This document shows, one piece after another, positions 54,836 through 64,000 of a stretch of DNA of 64,000 nucleotides (its first letter is position 1; each line of letters starts with the position of its first letter). The notes below the pieces were generated by a model. It searched no databases, was not told the origin of the DNA, and saw nothing but the letters and a program-made list of their open reading frames with translations. The position numbers were made by a program, and so were the translations under genes. Source of the stretch: Acidimicrobiales bacterium (GTDB lineage: Bacteria > Actinomycetota > Acidimicrobiia > Acidimicrobiales > SZUA-35); NCBI GenBank assembly GCA_033851875.1, contig JAWSVN010000038.1, positions 2,914 through 66,913 on the forward strand, written 5' to 3'.

Positions 54836-55549
54836 ATGTCCGAGACACCGCAGCCCCGCTCCTACCCCCAGACGATGTTCGCTCCGCCCCCTGGAGCGTG
54901 CCAGGTCCTCCTGGTCCGCCACGGCCAGTCGGCCCCCTTCGTCGAGGGCCAGCCGTTCCCCCTCGTCGACGGTCAGGGCGACCCGCCGCTGTCGGACCGT
55001 GGCCAGTGGCAGGCCCGCCGGGTGGCAGACCGGTTGCGGGACGAACCCCTGGCGGCGCTCTACTGCTCGACCCTCCAGCGCACCCAACAGACCGCGGCAC
55101 CTCTGGCCGCCCACCTCGGCCTCACCCCATCGATCGACGCCGATCTGCGCGAGGTCCACCTCGGCGAGGGCGAGGGCGGCCGGTTCCGCCAGATGGCGGC
55201 CGAGGGCCACCCGGCCGTGATGCGGATGCGGGACCGTGGCGAATGGGGCGAGATCCCCGGTGCGGAGACCTCGGCGCAACTCCAGTCACGGACCGTGGCC
55301 GCCCTGCGTCGGATCGCCGCCGCCCACGCCGATCAATTCGTGGCCGTGTTCTGCCACGGCGGCGTGATCGGGGCCCTCACCGGACACGCGATCGGGCGGG
55401 CCGATTTCACCTTCAACGGCGCCCGCAACGGCTCGTTCACCCACCTGGTGGTGACGGGCAGCGCCGACGATTCCCCGTGGATCGTGCGCTCGTTCAACGA
55501 CGCCGCCCACACCGGCAGCATCACGGCCGACGCCGACCCGCCCACCTGA
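54836..55549 (+). CDS. Histidine phosphatase family protein (phosphoglycerate mutase-like)
   Basis: VLLVRHGQS (RHG catalytic motif) and CHGGVI near the C-terminus. Confidence 0.8.
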   Translation: MSETPQPRSYPQTMFAPPPGACQVLLVRHGQSAPFVEGQPFPLVDGQGDPPLSDRGQWQARRVADRLRDEPLAALYCSTLQRTQQTAAPLAAHLGLTPSIDADLREVHLGEGEGGRFRQMAAEGHPAVMRMRDRGEWGEIPGAETSAQLQSRTVAALRRIAAAHADQFVAVFCHGGVIGALTGHAIGRADFTFNGARNGSFTHLVVTGSADDSPWIVRSFNDAAHTGSITADADPPT

Positions 55550-55669
55550 TCGGGCCCGACGACTCACGCGTCGGTCTCCCCGGCGGGCAAAAACCTGAGA
55601 TCCGCCTGTTTCCCACGGCGGCTCACCTACGGTACGGTTCCAAACACGGATCGTGGTCGTGGGGACCAC

Positions 55670-57160
55670 TTGGTGGAGATGGCGGATTACGTCTGGCGTG
55701 AGCGAGTGAAGATGGCCGTGGCCGTGCTGTTCTTCGGCGCGTCCGCTCTCGGCCTGCTCGACGTGCTCGCCCGGCCGGCGGGCGACGACGGCCGCGGAGT
55801 GATGGTCGGCCTGGCCGCCACCACGGCGGTCCTCGGCGCGCTCGCCGCCATGCTCCCCTGGCAACGCTGGTCGGCTCCGGTCCGCCTCGTCCCGGCAGCG
55901 ACGGTCCTCGGCGTGATCGCCGTCGCCATCGGGTTCGGCGAGGTCGCTGCGGCCCCGCACGGTCCGGTCGGTCTCACCATCGTGGCGGCCCTCCTGCTGA
56001 TCTACGTCGGGTTCGCCACCGACCCGGGCATGGCGCTGTCGGTCTCGCCGGCCGTGCTCGGGGTCCTCTACCTCGCGCATCGGCGCGAACCGGACCGCGT
56101 CAGTCTGGCCTTGCCCTTGATCGCGGTGCCGGTCACCGCCCTGGTCGGCGAGCTCGTCGCAGCGCTCGCCGACCGGGTGCGGACCGACTCCGAACGCAGC
56201 CGGCAACGGCTGTCACGACTCAGCCAGCTCGAGGAGGTGCTGCGGGGATTCCACCGCCCGGGGTCGCTTCGCGACGCTGCCCACCAGGTGGCCAACGCCG
56301 CGGTCGAGATCTTCGGGGTGGAACGCTCGACGGTCGTGTTGCGTGACTCGACCGGCGGCCTGATCCCGGTGTCGGTCGGGCCGCAGTCGGCATCGGAACC
56401 CGACGGCGCGACCGCCGCCCTCGTGGCCGAGACGATCCTTGGCGACGAACCCCGCCTGGTCCCGACCACCGGCACCAACGGCACGATGCTCGTCCTGCCC
56501 CTGCCGGCCGCTGACGCCCCCGCCGGCGCCGTCCTCGTCTACCCGGTCCCCGACGACGATCCAGAGTTCACGCTCGACCTCGCCCGCCTGTTCGGGGTGC
56601 AGGTCGGCATCGCCATCGAGCACCTCTACGTGATCGACGAGCTGTCACGGGAGTCGACCCGTGACGCCCTCACCGGTATCGGCAACCGCCGCCACGCCGA
56701 CATGCTGCTCAACTCGCTCGAGCCCGGCGACGCCCTCGTCCTGCTCGACCTCGACTTCCTCAAGACCGTCAACGACACGATGGGCCACGCCGCCGGCGAC
56801 CAGGTCCTCCAAGAACTCAGCGGCCACCTCCGCGAGTGCCTGCGCGACAGCGACACCTCGGCCCGACTCGGCGGTGACGAGTTCCTGATCGTCGCCCGTC
56901 GGGCCCACGCCAACCCGATGGCGGTCGCCGGCCGCGTGTTGAGCGGCTGGGTCGGCAAGGGCGGCATCACCACACTGTCGGCCGGGGTGGCCCTCCACGA
57001 CGCCGAGGTGACGTCGTCGGTCACGTTCGAACGAGCCGACGAAGCCCTCTACGCCGCCAAGGCGGCGGGCAAGGACCAGGCCAAGCTGTGGCGCCCCCCG
57101 GCCGCCTCGTCGGCCCGCGGCACGGCGAGCGGACCTGACGAGAGCGCCGACGGATCGTAA
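55670..57160 (+). CDS. Membrane-anchored GAF plus GGDEF diguanylate cyclase
   Basis: About 5 N-terminal TM segments, a GAF-like middle, and a GGDEF domain (LTGIGNRRH ... RLGGDEFLIV). The track start is TTG 55670; ATG 55679 is an alternative. Confidence 0.85.
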   Translation: MVEMADYVWRERVKMAVAVLFFGASALGLLDVLARPAGDDGRGVMVGLAATTAVLGALAAMLPWQRWSAPVRLVPAATVLGVIAVAIGFGEVAAAPHGPVGLTIVAALLLIYVGFATDPGMALSVSPAVLGVLYLAHRREPDRVSLALPLIAVPVTALVGELVAALADRVRTDSERSRQRLSRLSQLEEVLRGFHRPGSLRDAAHQVANAAVEIFGVERSTVVLRDSTGGLIPVSVGPQSASEPDGATAALVAETILGDEPRLVPTTGTNGTMLVLPLPAADAPAGAVLVYPVPDDDPEFTLDLARLFGVQVGIAIEHLYVIDELSRESTRDALTGIGNRRHADMLLNSLEPGDALVLLDLDFLKTVNDTMGHAAGDQVLQELSGHLRECLRDSDTSARLGGDEFLIVARRAHANPMAVAGRVLSGWVGKGGITTLSAGVALHDAEVTSSVTFERADEALYAAKAAGKDQAKLWRPPAASSARGTASGPDESADGS

Positions 57161-57170
57161 GATCCGTCAC

Positions 57171-57950
57171 ATGACCAAGCTCGCCCCAGTCCCCGACGAC
57201 CTCGGACTCGGAGAGGATCGTTCCGTCGAGGACGAGCGTCTCCACCGCAAGCAGCGCCTCGCCGCCGCGTTCCGCCTCTTCGGCCGGTTCGGCTTCGACG
57301 AGGGCGTGGCCGGCCACATCACCGCCCGCGACCCCGAGCATCCCGAGTGCTTCTGGGTGAACCCGTTCGGGATGAACTTCAAGCACATCAAGGTCAGCGA
57401 CCTGCTGCTGGTCGACCACGACGGCAAGGTCGTCGAGGGCGACCGCCCGGTCAACGGCGCGGCCTTCGCCATCCACTCCCGGGTCCACAAGGCTCGCCCA
57501 GACGTGATCGCGGCCGCCCACGCCCACTCGATCCATGGCAAGACGTGGAGCGCATTCCGTCGGCCTCTCGACCCGCTGACCCAGGACGCGTGCGCGTTCT
57601 ACGACGACCATTCGGTGTTCGACGACTACACCGGCGTGGTCCTCGATCTCGACGAGGGCGACCGGATCGGTGCAGCCCTCGGCGACGGCAAGGCTGTGAT
57701 CCTGTCGAATCACGGCAACCTCACGGTCGGCCACAGCGTCGACGAGGCCGCCTGGTGGTTCATCACGATGGAGCGGACCTGCCAAGCCCAGCTCTCCGTC
57801 GAGCAGGTCAGCCGCCACGAGCCGGTGCTGATCGAACCGGAGATGGCCAAGTTCACCTCCACCCAGGTCGGCAGCCACACCGCGGGGTGGTTCAGCTTCC
57901 AGCCCCTGTGGGACTGGATCACCCAGTCCGAGCCCGACCTGTTCGACTGA
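57171..57950 (+). CDS. Class II aldolase/adducin-domain protein
   Basis: GHITARDP..., AFAIHSRVH, AAAHAHS and LSNHGNLTVG match the class II aldolase His ligands and layout. Confidence 0.85.
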   Translation: MTKLAPVPDDLGLGEDRSVEDERLHRKQRLAAAFRLFGRFGFDEGVAGHITARDPEHPECFWVNPFGMNFKHIKVSDLLLVDHDGKVVEGDRPVNGAAFAIHSRVHKARPDVIAAAHAHSIHGKTWSAFRRPLDPLTQDACAFYDDHSVFDDYTGVVLDLDEGDRIGAALGDGKAVILSNHGNLTVGHSVDEAAWWFITMERTCQAQLSVEQVSRHEPVLIEPEMAKFTSTQVGSHTAGWFSFQPLWDWITQSEPDLFD

Positions 57951-57994
57951 CGACTGCGGGTCCCGACGCCGGTCGGGACCCGAGCCGTTGCCGG

Positions 57995-58459
57995 TCAGTT
58001 GGCGGCGGCGGCCGGACCCTGCTGCTCGGGGTGGAGTTCGACGATGGCGGCGTCGAGATCGTTCTTCACACCGGCCAGCGGCAGGATGTTGAGCACGCCC
58101 TGACCGTTCTGCAGGATGTCGACGAGCTCCTCGCCGCTGTTGGTGACGACCGAGTGCTTGCCGTTGATGACGAGGTTGGCCGAGACGATGTCCTCGCCGA
58201 GTTGGTCCCGCAGGTAGCTGAAGACGTCTCGCACCGACTCGAGCCGTAGTCCGGCGTCGAGCAACGTCTTGATCACCTTGAGCTCCAGGAGGTCCTGGTA
58301 GCTGTAGCGGCGGCGTGACCCCGAACCGGCAGCGTCGGCCAGGCTGGGGCGGATCAGGTCGGTCCGCGCCCAGTAGTCGAGCTGCCGATAGGTGATTCCG
58401 ACGATCTCCGCAGCACGCTTGCCGCTGTAGGAGGTCACGGGGGTGGGATCGGGCGACAT
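57995..58459 (-). CDS. MerR-family transcriptional regulator
   Basis: YSGKRAAEIVGITYRQLDYWARTDLIRPS...RRRYSYQDLLELKVIKTLLDAG is the MerR HTH plus wing. Confidence 0.85.
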   Translation of the reverse strand: MSPDPTPVTSYSGKRAAEIVGITYRQLDYWARTDLIRPSLADAAGSGSRRRYSYQDLLELKVIKTLLDAGLRLESVRDVFSYLRDQLGEDIVSANLVINGKHSVVTNSGEELVDILQNGQGVLNILPLAGVKNDLDAAIVELHPEQQGPAAAAN

Positions 58460-58660
58460 CGTTGGCTCCGAACGACGAGGGCGAAATTACGGGGGTGTAG
58501 TACCGGTTCGTGATCGTATGACGGCTCGCGCGAGGAGTCAACGACCCGACACTTTCTGTGGCGAATGGGCTGCGGTGCGTCCACCGCCACGGCCGCCCTG
58601 TGTGCCCGGTCGACCGCTTCCCGTGTCGTCGGCGTCGGCCCCGCGTGCGATGATCGTCGG

Positions 58661-59626
58661 GTGGAGTCCGAAGAAGAGCTGATCCGCCGCCTCGTGGCCG
58701 GGGTGCCCGGGCTCGGACCGGTCGCGGCGGTCGACGACGCGGGGGCCGGCCGAGGGGTGTTCAGCACCGTGGCTCGCCTCCACTTCGCCGACGGGTCGAC
58801 GCTGGTCGCCAAACTGCCCGGCCCCAACCGAGGGGCAGCGATCACCAGCGGCGCCTTCGAGCGAGAGCGGTGGACCTACCAACTCCTCGCGCCCGACCTG
58901 CCGATCCGGGCGCCGCGGTGCCATGCGTTGGTCGATCTCGACGATGGGGCAGCGGCCTTCCTGCTCGACGATCTCGGCTCGCTGCGCTGGGTCGATCAGG
59001 CCGACGGTCTCGCCACCGACGACATCGCCCGAATCGCCGCAGCCCTGGCGCCGATGCACCAGTGGGGCCGATCGCGCCTCGACGCCCATCCCCTCGATCG
59101 GGTGCGACGCCATGCCCCGACGACCTTTCCAGCCGAGGCGCTGGCGGCCGGTCTCGCTGCGGCCGAACGATCGTGGGGCGGCGAGGTCGACCTCGCTCCG
59201 CTGGCCCATCGGCTCGAACGCCGGGCCGATGATCTCGCCGCCTTCAGCGCTGCGCCGGCGACGATCTGCCACGGAGACGCCCGGGCCGACAACCTCGCAT
59301 TCGACGGCGACGATGTCGTGCTGTTCGACTTCCAGCAGATCGCCGTGCAGACGCCCGGCGCCGACCTGGCATGGTTGGTGGCGACCTCGTGTGTCGTCGA
59401 CGATCAGCCAGCGGCGATCGATGCGGCGGTCACGGCCCACGCCGAGCGCACCGGCGACTCGGTCGATGCCACGCTCGCAGCGCTGCGGCTCGGGACCCTC
59501 CATCCGGCGAGCGCCGTCCTCCTCCTTGCCGGGCGCGACACGGACGATCCGGCAGCCCGGGCGTTCGTCGGCCGGAGCTTGCGGCGGATCGCAGCGTTCG
59601 CCGCACAGGTCGACGCCGGGCAGTGA
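58661..59626 (+). CDS. Phosphotransferase (APH / choline-kinase-like kinase fold)
   Basis: Brenner-type motif ICHGDARADNLAF and DFQ downstream. The start is uncertain; in-frame GTG at 58661 was chosen over the track start at 58565. Confidence 0.7.
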   Translation: MESEEELIRRLVAGVPGLGPVAAVDDAGAGRGVFSTVARLHFADGSTLVAKLPGPNRGAAITSGAFERERWTYQLLAPDLPIRAPRCHALVDLDDGAAAFLLDDLGSLRWVDQADGLATDDIARIAAALAPMHQWGRSRLDAHPLDRVRRHAPTTFPAEALAAGLAAAERSWGGEVDLAPLAHRLERRADDLAAFSAAPATICHGDARADNLAFDGDDVVLFDFQQIAVQTPGADLAWLVATSCVVDDQPAAIDAAVTAHAERTGDSVDATLAALRLGTLHPASAVLLLAGRDTDDPAARAFVGRSLRRIAAFAAQVDAGQ

Positions 59627-59646
59627 GCCCGGGCCGATCCGCTCGA

Positions 59647-60144
59647 TCAGCTGCCGAAGTCCTCGGGGCTGACCTCGTCGAGGAAGCGGCGGAGTTCCTC
59701 CACCATCTCCTCTTCCTCCTCGCCGGCTTCCTCGTCCTGGTCGGTGATGCCGGCGTCGTCGACGAGGGCATCCTCGGCGAAGATCGGCGTCTCGTTCCGA
59801 ACCGCCAAGGCGATCGCGTCGCTCGGGCGAGCCGAGAACGTCACGATGTCGCCGGCCTGGGTTCGCACGGCCAACTCGGCGTAGAAAGTGCCCTGCCGCA
59901 GCTCGGTGATCACCACGCGGTCGAGCGACGCTCCGAGGCCGTCGATGATCGTGGTGAACAGGTCGTGGGTCATCGGCCTGGCCGTCGGGGTACCCGACAG
60001 AGCGAGGTCGATGGCATGGGCTTCGGGGCCGCCGATGTAGATCGGCACGGTGCGCCGCTCCCCGGAGGTCTCACGCAGCAGCAGGATCGGGGCACTGGTC
60101 GGCATCTGCACCCGCACGCCCACCAACTCCATCTCGATCGTCAT
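59647..60144 (-). CDS. Bifunctional nuclease family protein (DUF151)
   Basis: VGVRVQMPTSAPILLLRE...RTVPIYIGGPEAHAI...TARPMTHDL...ARPSDAIALAVR is the DUF151 pattern. ATG 60144 is preferred over TTG 60150. Confidence 0.85.
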   Translation of the reverse strand: MTIEMELVGVRVQMPTSAPILLLRETSGERRTVPIYIGGPEAHAIDLALSGTPTARPMTHDLFTTIIDGLGASLDRVVITELRQGTFYAELAVRTQAGDIVTFSARPSDAIALAVRNETPIFAEDALVDDAGITDQDEEAGEEEEEMVEELRRFLDEVSPEDFGS

Positions 60145-60153
60145 TCCCAAAGG

Positions 60154-61089
60154 CTAGCCGCGCTGGCTCGGCAGCTGCGCCCGCACCATCTGGCGGACGA
60201 GGATGGCGCGGAAGCTGGCGGCGAGGTCGACGAGGTCATCGAAGGTGTCGACGGCGCGGGCCCTGGTCTCGGGATCGCGACGATGGAGCATCGGTTCGAT
60301 GACCTGTGCGAGCAGGGTCACCTCACGCTCGGCGCCGATCTTCAGCGTCCGCAGGTGGCGGGCGTCGAGGCCGTAGGCGCCGAACTGTCCGGCGAACCGA
60401 GCCAGTAGCAGGGCCTCACCGTCGAAGAGGGTCGTCGGACCGACCTTGCGACCGGCGATGAGCCCGAATCGCTGGAGATCCGCGAGGGTGTCGGCGGCAC
60501 AGCCAGAGGCTTCGGCGAGTTCGTCGAGGGTGAGGGCGAGATTGGCATCGGCGTCGGCCTGGGTGCCGGTGCGGCCACGCCGCTCGGTCACCGGCTGGGT
60601 GTTGGCGATGATCGCCGCCACCTTCGGGTCATCTGGCTCCACGGGCGCCTCCGACTCGGCGGCGGCACGGTCGGCGGCGTCGTCGACGACCTCCGGAGCG
60701 ACGGCGTCGACGGACGCTTCATCGGTGCCGTCGGTGCGCTCCGCCACACCGGCGTCGCCCGCCTCGGAGGCGTCGACGGCTGCGACTGCGGCAGGAACGG
60801 CAGCAGCGGGCGATGGTTCGTCGGGGGCGGCGAGGTCGACCTCGCCACTCTCGAGGCGATCCCGGATCACCTTCAGCGGGAGGTAGTGGTCGCGCTGCTG
60901 GGCGAGGATCCACTGGAGTCGGTCGAAGTCGGCCTGGAAGAACCGCCGATACCCGCTCGGCGTGCGCTCCGGCGCGATCAACCCCTGGCTCTCGAGGAAA
61001 CGGATCTTCGAGATCGTCACCTCGGGGAATTCGTCCTGGAGGAGCGAGAGCACCTCGCCGATCGACCAGTGGTGATCGGAGGCGCTCAT
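60154..61089 (-). CDS. MerR-family regulator (FtsR-like position)
   Basis: WSIGEVLSLLQDEFPEVTISKIRFLESQGLIAPERTPSGYRRF is the MerR N-terminal HTH. Ala/Asp-rich linker. ATGA overlap with the FHA gene. Confidence 0.8.
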   Translation of the reverse strand: MSASDHHWSIGEVLSLLQDEFPEVTISKIRFLESQGLIAPERTPSGYRRFFQADFDRLQWILAQQRDHYLPLKVIRDRLESGEVDLAAPDEPSPAAAVPAAVAAVDASEAGDAGVAERTDGTDEASVDAVAPEVVDDAADRAAAESEAPVEPDDPKVAAIIANTQPVTERRGRTGTQADADANLALTLDELAEASGCAADTLADLQRFGLIAGRKVGPTTLFDGEALLLARFAGQFGAYGLDARHLRTLKIGAEREVTLLAQVIEPMLHRRDPETRARAVDTFDDLVDLAASFRAILVRQMVRAQLPSQRG

Positions 61090-61547
61090 CCGTCGTCCTC
61101 GAGGGCGACGTAGACGAGCTTGAATTTGCCGACCTGGAGCTGATCGCCGTCGGACAGCGACGCCCGGTCGACGCGTTCACGGTTGACGTAGGTCCCGTTG
61201 AGGCTGCCGGCGTCGATCACCTCGTAGCCGGTCGCACCTCGCAGGATCTCGGCGTGGCGCCGAGACACCGTCACGTCGTCGAGGAAGATGTCGCTCTCGG
61301 GATGGCGACCGATCTGGATGCGTTCGGCATCGAGGGCGATCCGGCTGCCACGCTTCGACCCCTGCCGCACGACGAGCATGCCGTAGCCCGGCGCCGCGCC
61401 GGCGGCGTCGACGACCGGGGCATCGATCGTGGGGTCGAGGGCCTCGGTGGCGTCGGCCCGACGATCGCTGAGCTGGGCGCCGCACGAGCTGCAGAAGTTG
61501 GCGCCGAGAGGGTTCTCGTAGCCGCACTCGGCGCAGGTCCGCTCCAC
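61086..61547 (-). CDS. FHA-domain protein with N-terminal zinc ribbon
   Basis: CAECGYENPLGANFCSSCG zinc ribbon, then an FHA core (IGRHPESDIFLDDVTVSRRHAEI...GSLNGTYVN). GTG start. Confidence 0.85.
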   Translation of the reverse strand: MERTCAECGYENPLGANFCSSCGAQLSDRRADATEALDPTIDAPVVDAAGAAPGYGMLVVRQGSKRGSRIALDAERIQIGRHPESDIFLDDVTVSRRHAEILRGATGYEVIDAGSLNGTYVNRERVDRASLSDGDQLQVGKFKLVYVALEDDG

Positions 61548-61552
61548 GGCCC

Positions 61553-61936
61553 TCAGCCTTCGGTGAGTTCGCCGTAGGCGGTGGCGTCCATCAGCTCGTC
61601 GAGGGATGCCCCCTCCGACAGCTCGATCACGCAGATCCAGCCGTCGCCGTAGGGATCGTCGTTGAGGCGTTCGGGGGCGTCGGCCAGGTCAGCGTTCACC
61701 TCGACGACGGTGCCGGCGACCGGGGCGTAGACATCCGACACCGACTTGGTCGACTCCACCTCGCTCATCGCGCCTCCGGTGCTGACGGTGGCACCGACCT
61801 CGGGGAGGTCGACGAACACCACGTCGCCCAGTGCGTCCTGGGCGTAGTCGGTGATGCCGATCCGCACGCGATTGGCATCCTCGAGCTTCACCCACTCGTG
61901 ATCGCTCGAGTACCGGAGGTCGTCAGGCACGTTCAT
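61553..61936 (-). CDS. gcvH: Glycine cleavage system H protein
   Basis: Trimmed to ATG 61936. YSSDHEWV..., ITDYAQDALGDVVFVDLPEVG, and the lipoyl-lysine motif EVESTKSVSDVYAP. Confidence 0.92.
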   Translation of the reverse strand: MNVPDDLRYSSDHEWVKLEDANRVRIGITDYAQDALGDVVFVDLPEVGATVSTGGAMSEVESTKSVSDVYAPVAGTVVEVNADLADAPERLNDDPYGDGWICVIELSEGASLDELMDATAYGELTEG

Positions 61937-62577
61937 GCCCCAGAACCTACCCGAGACTCGACCGCGAGGCGGCGCCGAGCCTCCGGGATGTACTGCCCGA
62001 CCAGCGAGTACCAGGCGGCGGTCACCCCCGGCACGAAGAACAGCCACTTCAACACGTCGAGCAGCCCCGCGTAGGACAGGGTCGACGCCGCACCGAGGAA
62101 CATCGGCACGCTGAACATCAGGAGGAACGCCCCGGTCTTCCCCGCGAACGTCACGTCCATCGCCTCGATGCCTCGGGCCTGGAGGAACACGGCGATCACC
62201 GAGACCGCCACCTCCCGACCGAGGATGGCGACCGCCACCCACAGCGGCATCGAGCCGTCGATCACGATCGACGGGATCGAGACGAGGAACATCAGGCGAT
62301 CGACGGTGGGGTCGAACAGCTTGCCGAAGCGGCTGACCTGGTCGAAGCGGCGGGCGAACCAGCCGTCGACCCAGTCGGTGGATCCAAGGGCGGCCAGCAG
62401 CCATGCGGCACCGCCCCGATCGCCGCGTGAGAACAGCAGCCACACGAAGACCGGGATGCAGAGGAACCGCACGAGGGTGATGGCGTTGGGAACCGTGGCC
62501 GCGTCAGCCCAGAAGCTCTCGGCCGGGTCTCCGTCCTGACGGGGCGAGCCGGCTGGGGTCGGGGTCGGCGGGGTCAT
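61933..62577 (-). CDS. CDP-alcohol phosphatidyltransferase (PgsA-like)
   Basis: DWVDGWFARRFDQVSRFGKLFDPTVD matches D(x)2DG(x)2AR(x)8G(x)3D(x)3D. Multi-TM. ATGA overlap with gcvH. Confidence 0.85.
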   Translation of the reverse strand: MTPPTPTPAGSPRQDGDPAESFWADAATVPNAITLVRFLCIPVFVWLLFSRGDRGGAAWLLAALGSTDWVDGWFARRFDQVSRFGKLFDPTVDRLMFLVSIPSIVIDGSMPLWVAVAILGREVAVSVIAVFLQARGIEAMDVTFAGKTGAFLLMFSVPMFLGAASTLSYAGLLDVLKWLFFVPGVTAAWYSLVGQYIPEARRRLAVESRVGSGA

Positions 62578-62587
62578 GGTCGGTGGG

Positions 62588-64000
62588 TCATGGCCGGAAG
62601 TAGAGCGTGACGCCGGTCGTGCGATCGTCGTGGGTCACCTCGAACCCGGAGTTCTCGGCCAACGAGGTGAAGGCGGCCCGCTCGGCGTCGGTCATCTCGG
62701 GGATGTCGCGGTCGACGATCAGCAGGGCCCGGGTGTTGGCCAGGTCGATCAGGGCGACCGGGGCCCGAGAGCCGTCGAGGGCGGTCAGCCAGTACCGCTC
62801 GGCCAAGGGCGTGAGCGCCGACTCCGACGCCCGGATCACGATGTCGTCGGGGAGCGACTCGGCGATCTCGAGGATCGCTTCGTCGGTCGCGTCACGCTCG
62901 GCCCAGTTCCATGGCCGGTCGTAGGGCGCGAGGGGTGACGAGGACACGGAGAGGAGCAGCGACGCGACCACCACGGTCGACAGCAGCCGAACATCGACGA
63001 AGACCCGGTCGACGCCCATGTCGCCGAGGCGGTTGAGGGCGTAGGTGGCGGCGATGAAGACGAAGGCCAGCAGCAGCGCGCTCCTCTCGGCGAACGACCC
63101 CTCGGCGTCGGTCACCAGATAGAGCGCCCCGAGCGGCACCGACGGCAGGAGATGGCGCAGCGACAGGAACGGCAGGAAGATGACCGGGGCCAACAGGGCC
63201 ACGATCAGCGACATGTTGTCGCGTGCTGTGAGGTCGGCGAGGAGCTGGAGCGGGCTCGTGATCGAGGTGATCGCAGCCTCGCCCAGGGAGTCGCCGTAGG
63301 CGCCGTACTGGCCGCCGGCCACGGTCGCCTCGCCGAAGATGGGCTGGACGACGAGCAACAGGCCGAGCGCCCAGAACGAGGCGACGCCCATCGTCCACAG
63401 TCCGGCCCGTCGTTCCCCGTCGCCGAGGAGCACGAACCCCCACGGCGCCACCGCCAGGCCGAGATCGGCTCGGCACGACAGCACGACGACAACGCACACC
63501 CAATAGAGGATCCATCGCTTGGTCGCGCCGAAGTAGACGAGGGCCAGCAGGGCGGGGACGGCGAGCGATTCGGGGTGGAAGTCGACGACGCCGAGCCGGT
63601 GCGTCGTCGGATGGAGGGCGTAGGCACCGACCAGGGCGGAGGCGGCGCCGATGCGGAGGTGGGCGACGTTGCGCGCCAGCTTCCACAGCGGGAACACCCC
63701 GACCCCGAGGGCGATCGCCTGGGTGACGACGAGCACCGAGGCCGGATCCCAGACCCGAGCCAGCAGCGAGAGCGGGTAGAGGATGAAGGACCAGTGGAGC
63801 TCCAGGACGTGGACGTCCTGGCCGAACATCGACGCCTCGGGCTTGAACCCCTCGGCCAGCAGCCAGACCGCCTGGGTGTATCCGGCGAGGTCGCGGCCGG
63901 CGTCGAGACCGGCGATTCGGGCCGAGGCCGTCGTCGACAGGAAGATCGCGAGGAGGAGGGCGACGATCGGCGGAATCCAGCGGTCCCCGACGCTGGCCTC
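62588..64000 (-). CDS. DUF2079-family integral membrane protein (5' end beyond the window)
   Basis: Track ORF 62588..63829. The same frame stays open with plausible TM sequence (EASVGDRWIPPIVALLLAIFL...) to position 64000, so the gene is truncated by the window edge. Confidence 0.75.
   Translation of the reverse strand, partial: EASVGDRWIPPIVALLLAIFLSTTASARIAGLDAGRDLAGYTQAVWLLAEGFKPEASMFGQDVHVLELHWSFILYPLSLLARVWDPASVLVVTQAIALGVGVFPLWKLARNVAHLRIGAASALVGAYALHPTTHRLGVVDFHPESLAVPALLALVYFGATKRWILYWVCVVVVLSCRADLGLAVAPWGFVLLGDGERRAGLWTMGVASFWALGLLLVVQPIFGEATVAGGQYGAYGDSLGEAAITSITSPLQLLADLTARDNMSLIVALLAPVIFLPFLSLRHLLPSVPLGALYLVTDAEGSFAERSALLLAFVFIAATYALNRLGDMGVDRVFVDVRLLSTVVVASLLLSVSSSPLAPYDRPWNWAERDATDEAILEIAESLPDDIVIRASESALTPLAERYWLTALDGSRAPVALIDLANTRALLIVDRDIPEMTDAERAAFTSLAENSGFEVTHDDRTTGVTLYFRP

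Overview
High-GC (roughly 68-70% by eye) actinobacterial-type chromosomal window, almost entirely coding. I call about 70 CDS. I found no rRNA, tRNA, CRISPR array or recognisable IS/transposase. The ORF track starts ORFs at ATG, GTG or TTG and prints them all as M. Long antisense 'shadow' ORFs are common at this GC content, so many track ORFs are N-terminally over-extended; I trimmed starts where a family-typical N-terminus, an RBS or a stop/start overlap supported it.

Backbone, minus strand: a complete Pup-proteasome system (arc/mpa, dop, pup ... prcB, prcA, pafA, pafB, pafC), then lepB, tatA, tatC and helY. The right edge holds the conserved block DUF2079, CDP-alcohol phosphatidyltransferase, gcvH, FHA protein, MerR, DUF151 nuclease, MerR. 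Scattered housekeeping genes include metA, dapD, ilvA, a ThyX-like gene, oligopeptidase B, an enoyl-CoA hydratase and an ABC-2 exporter.

The left ~9 kb is mosaic: LuxR-type regulator, VapBC-like pair, lipoproteins, GNAT, methyltransferase, orphan FtsX-like permease and an NYN protein.

Main hunt results:
1. Two small insertions (8451-9267 and 3973-6433) are each bracketed by 59-64 bp direct repeats that duplicate the 3' end of a neighbouring gene. Neither contains a recombinase.
2. The normally contiguous pup-prcB junction is split by a 6.5 kb wedge. A Cys-free ArsR-type regulator with overlapping palindromes in its promoter sits directly downstream of pup.
3. A secreted RNase Sa/barnase-type nuclease with an overlapping barstar-like gene is wedged between pafC-lepB and tatA.
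4. A wHTH-AAA+ ATPase, a 4-Cys zinc ribbon and an HTH protein sit beside the only tyrosine recombinase.
5. An SMC/RecF-like protein has lost both Walker motifs and follows a secreted DUF4214 protein.
6. A perfect 46-bp repeat pair is framed by C-rich and G-rich tracts between convergent genes.

None of these can be proven novel from sequence alone; the decisive searches are stated with each finding.
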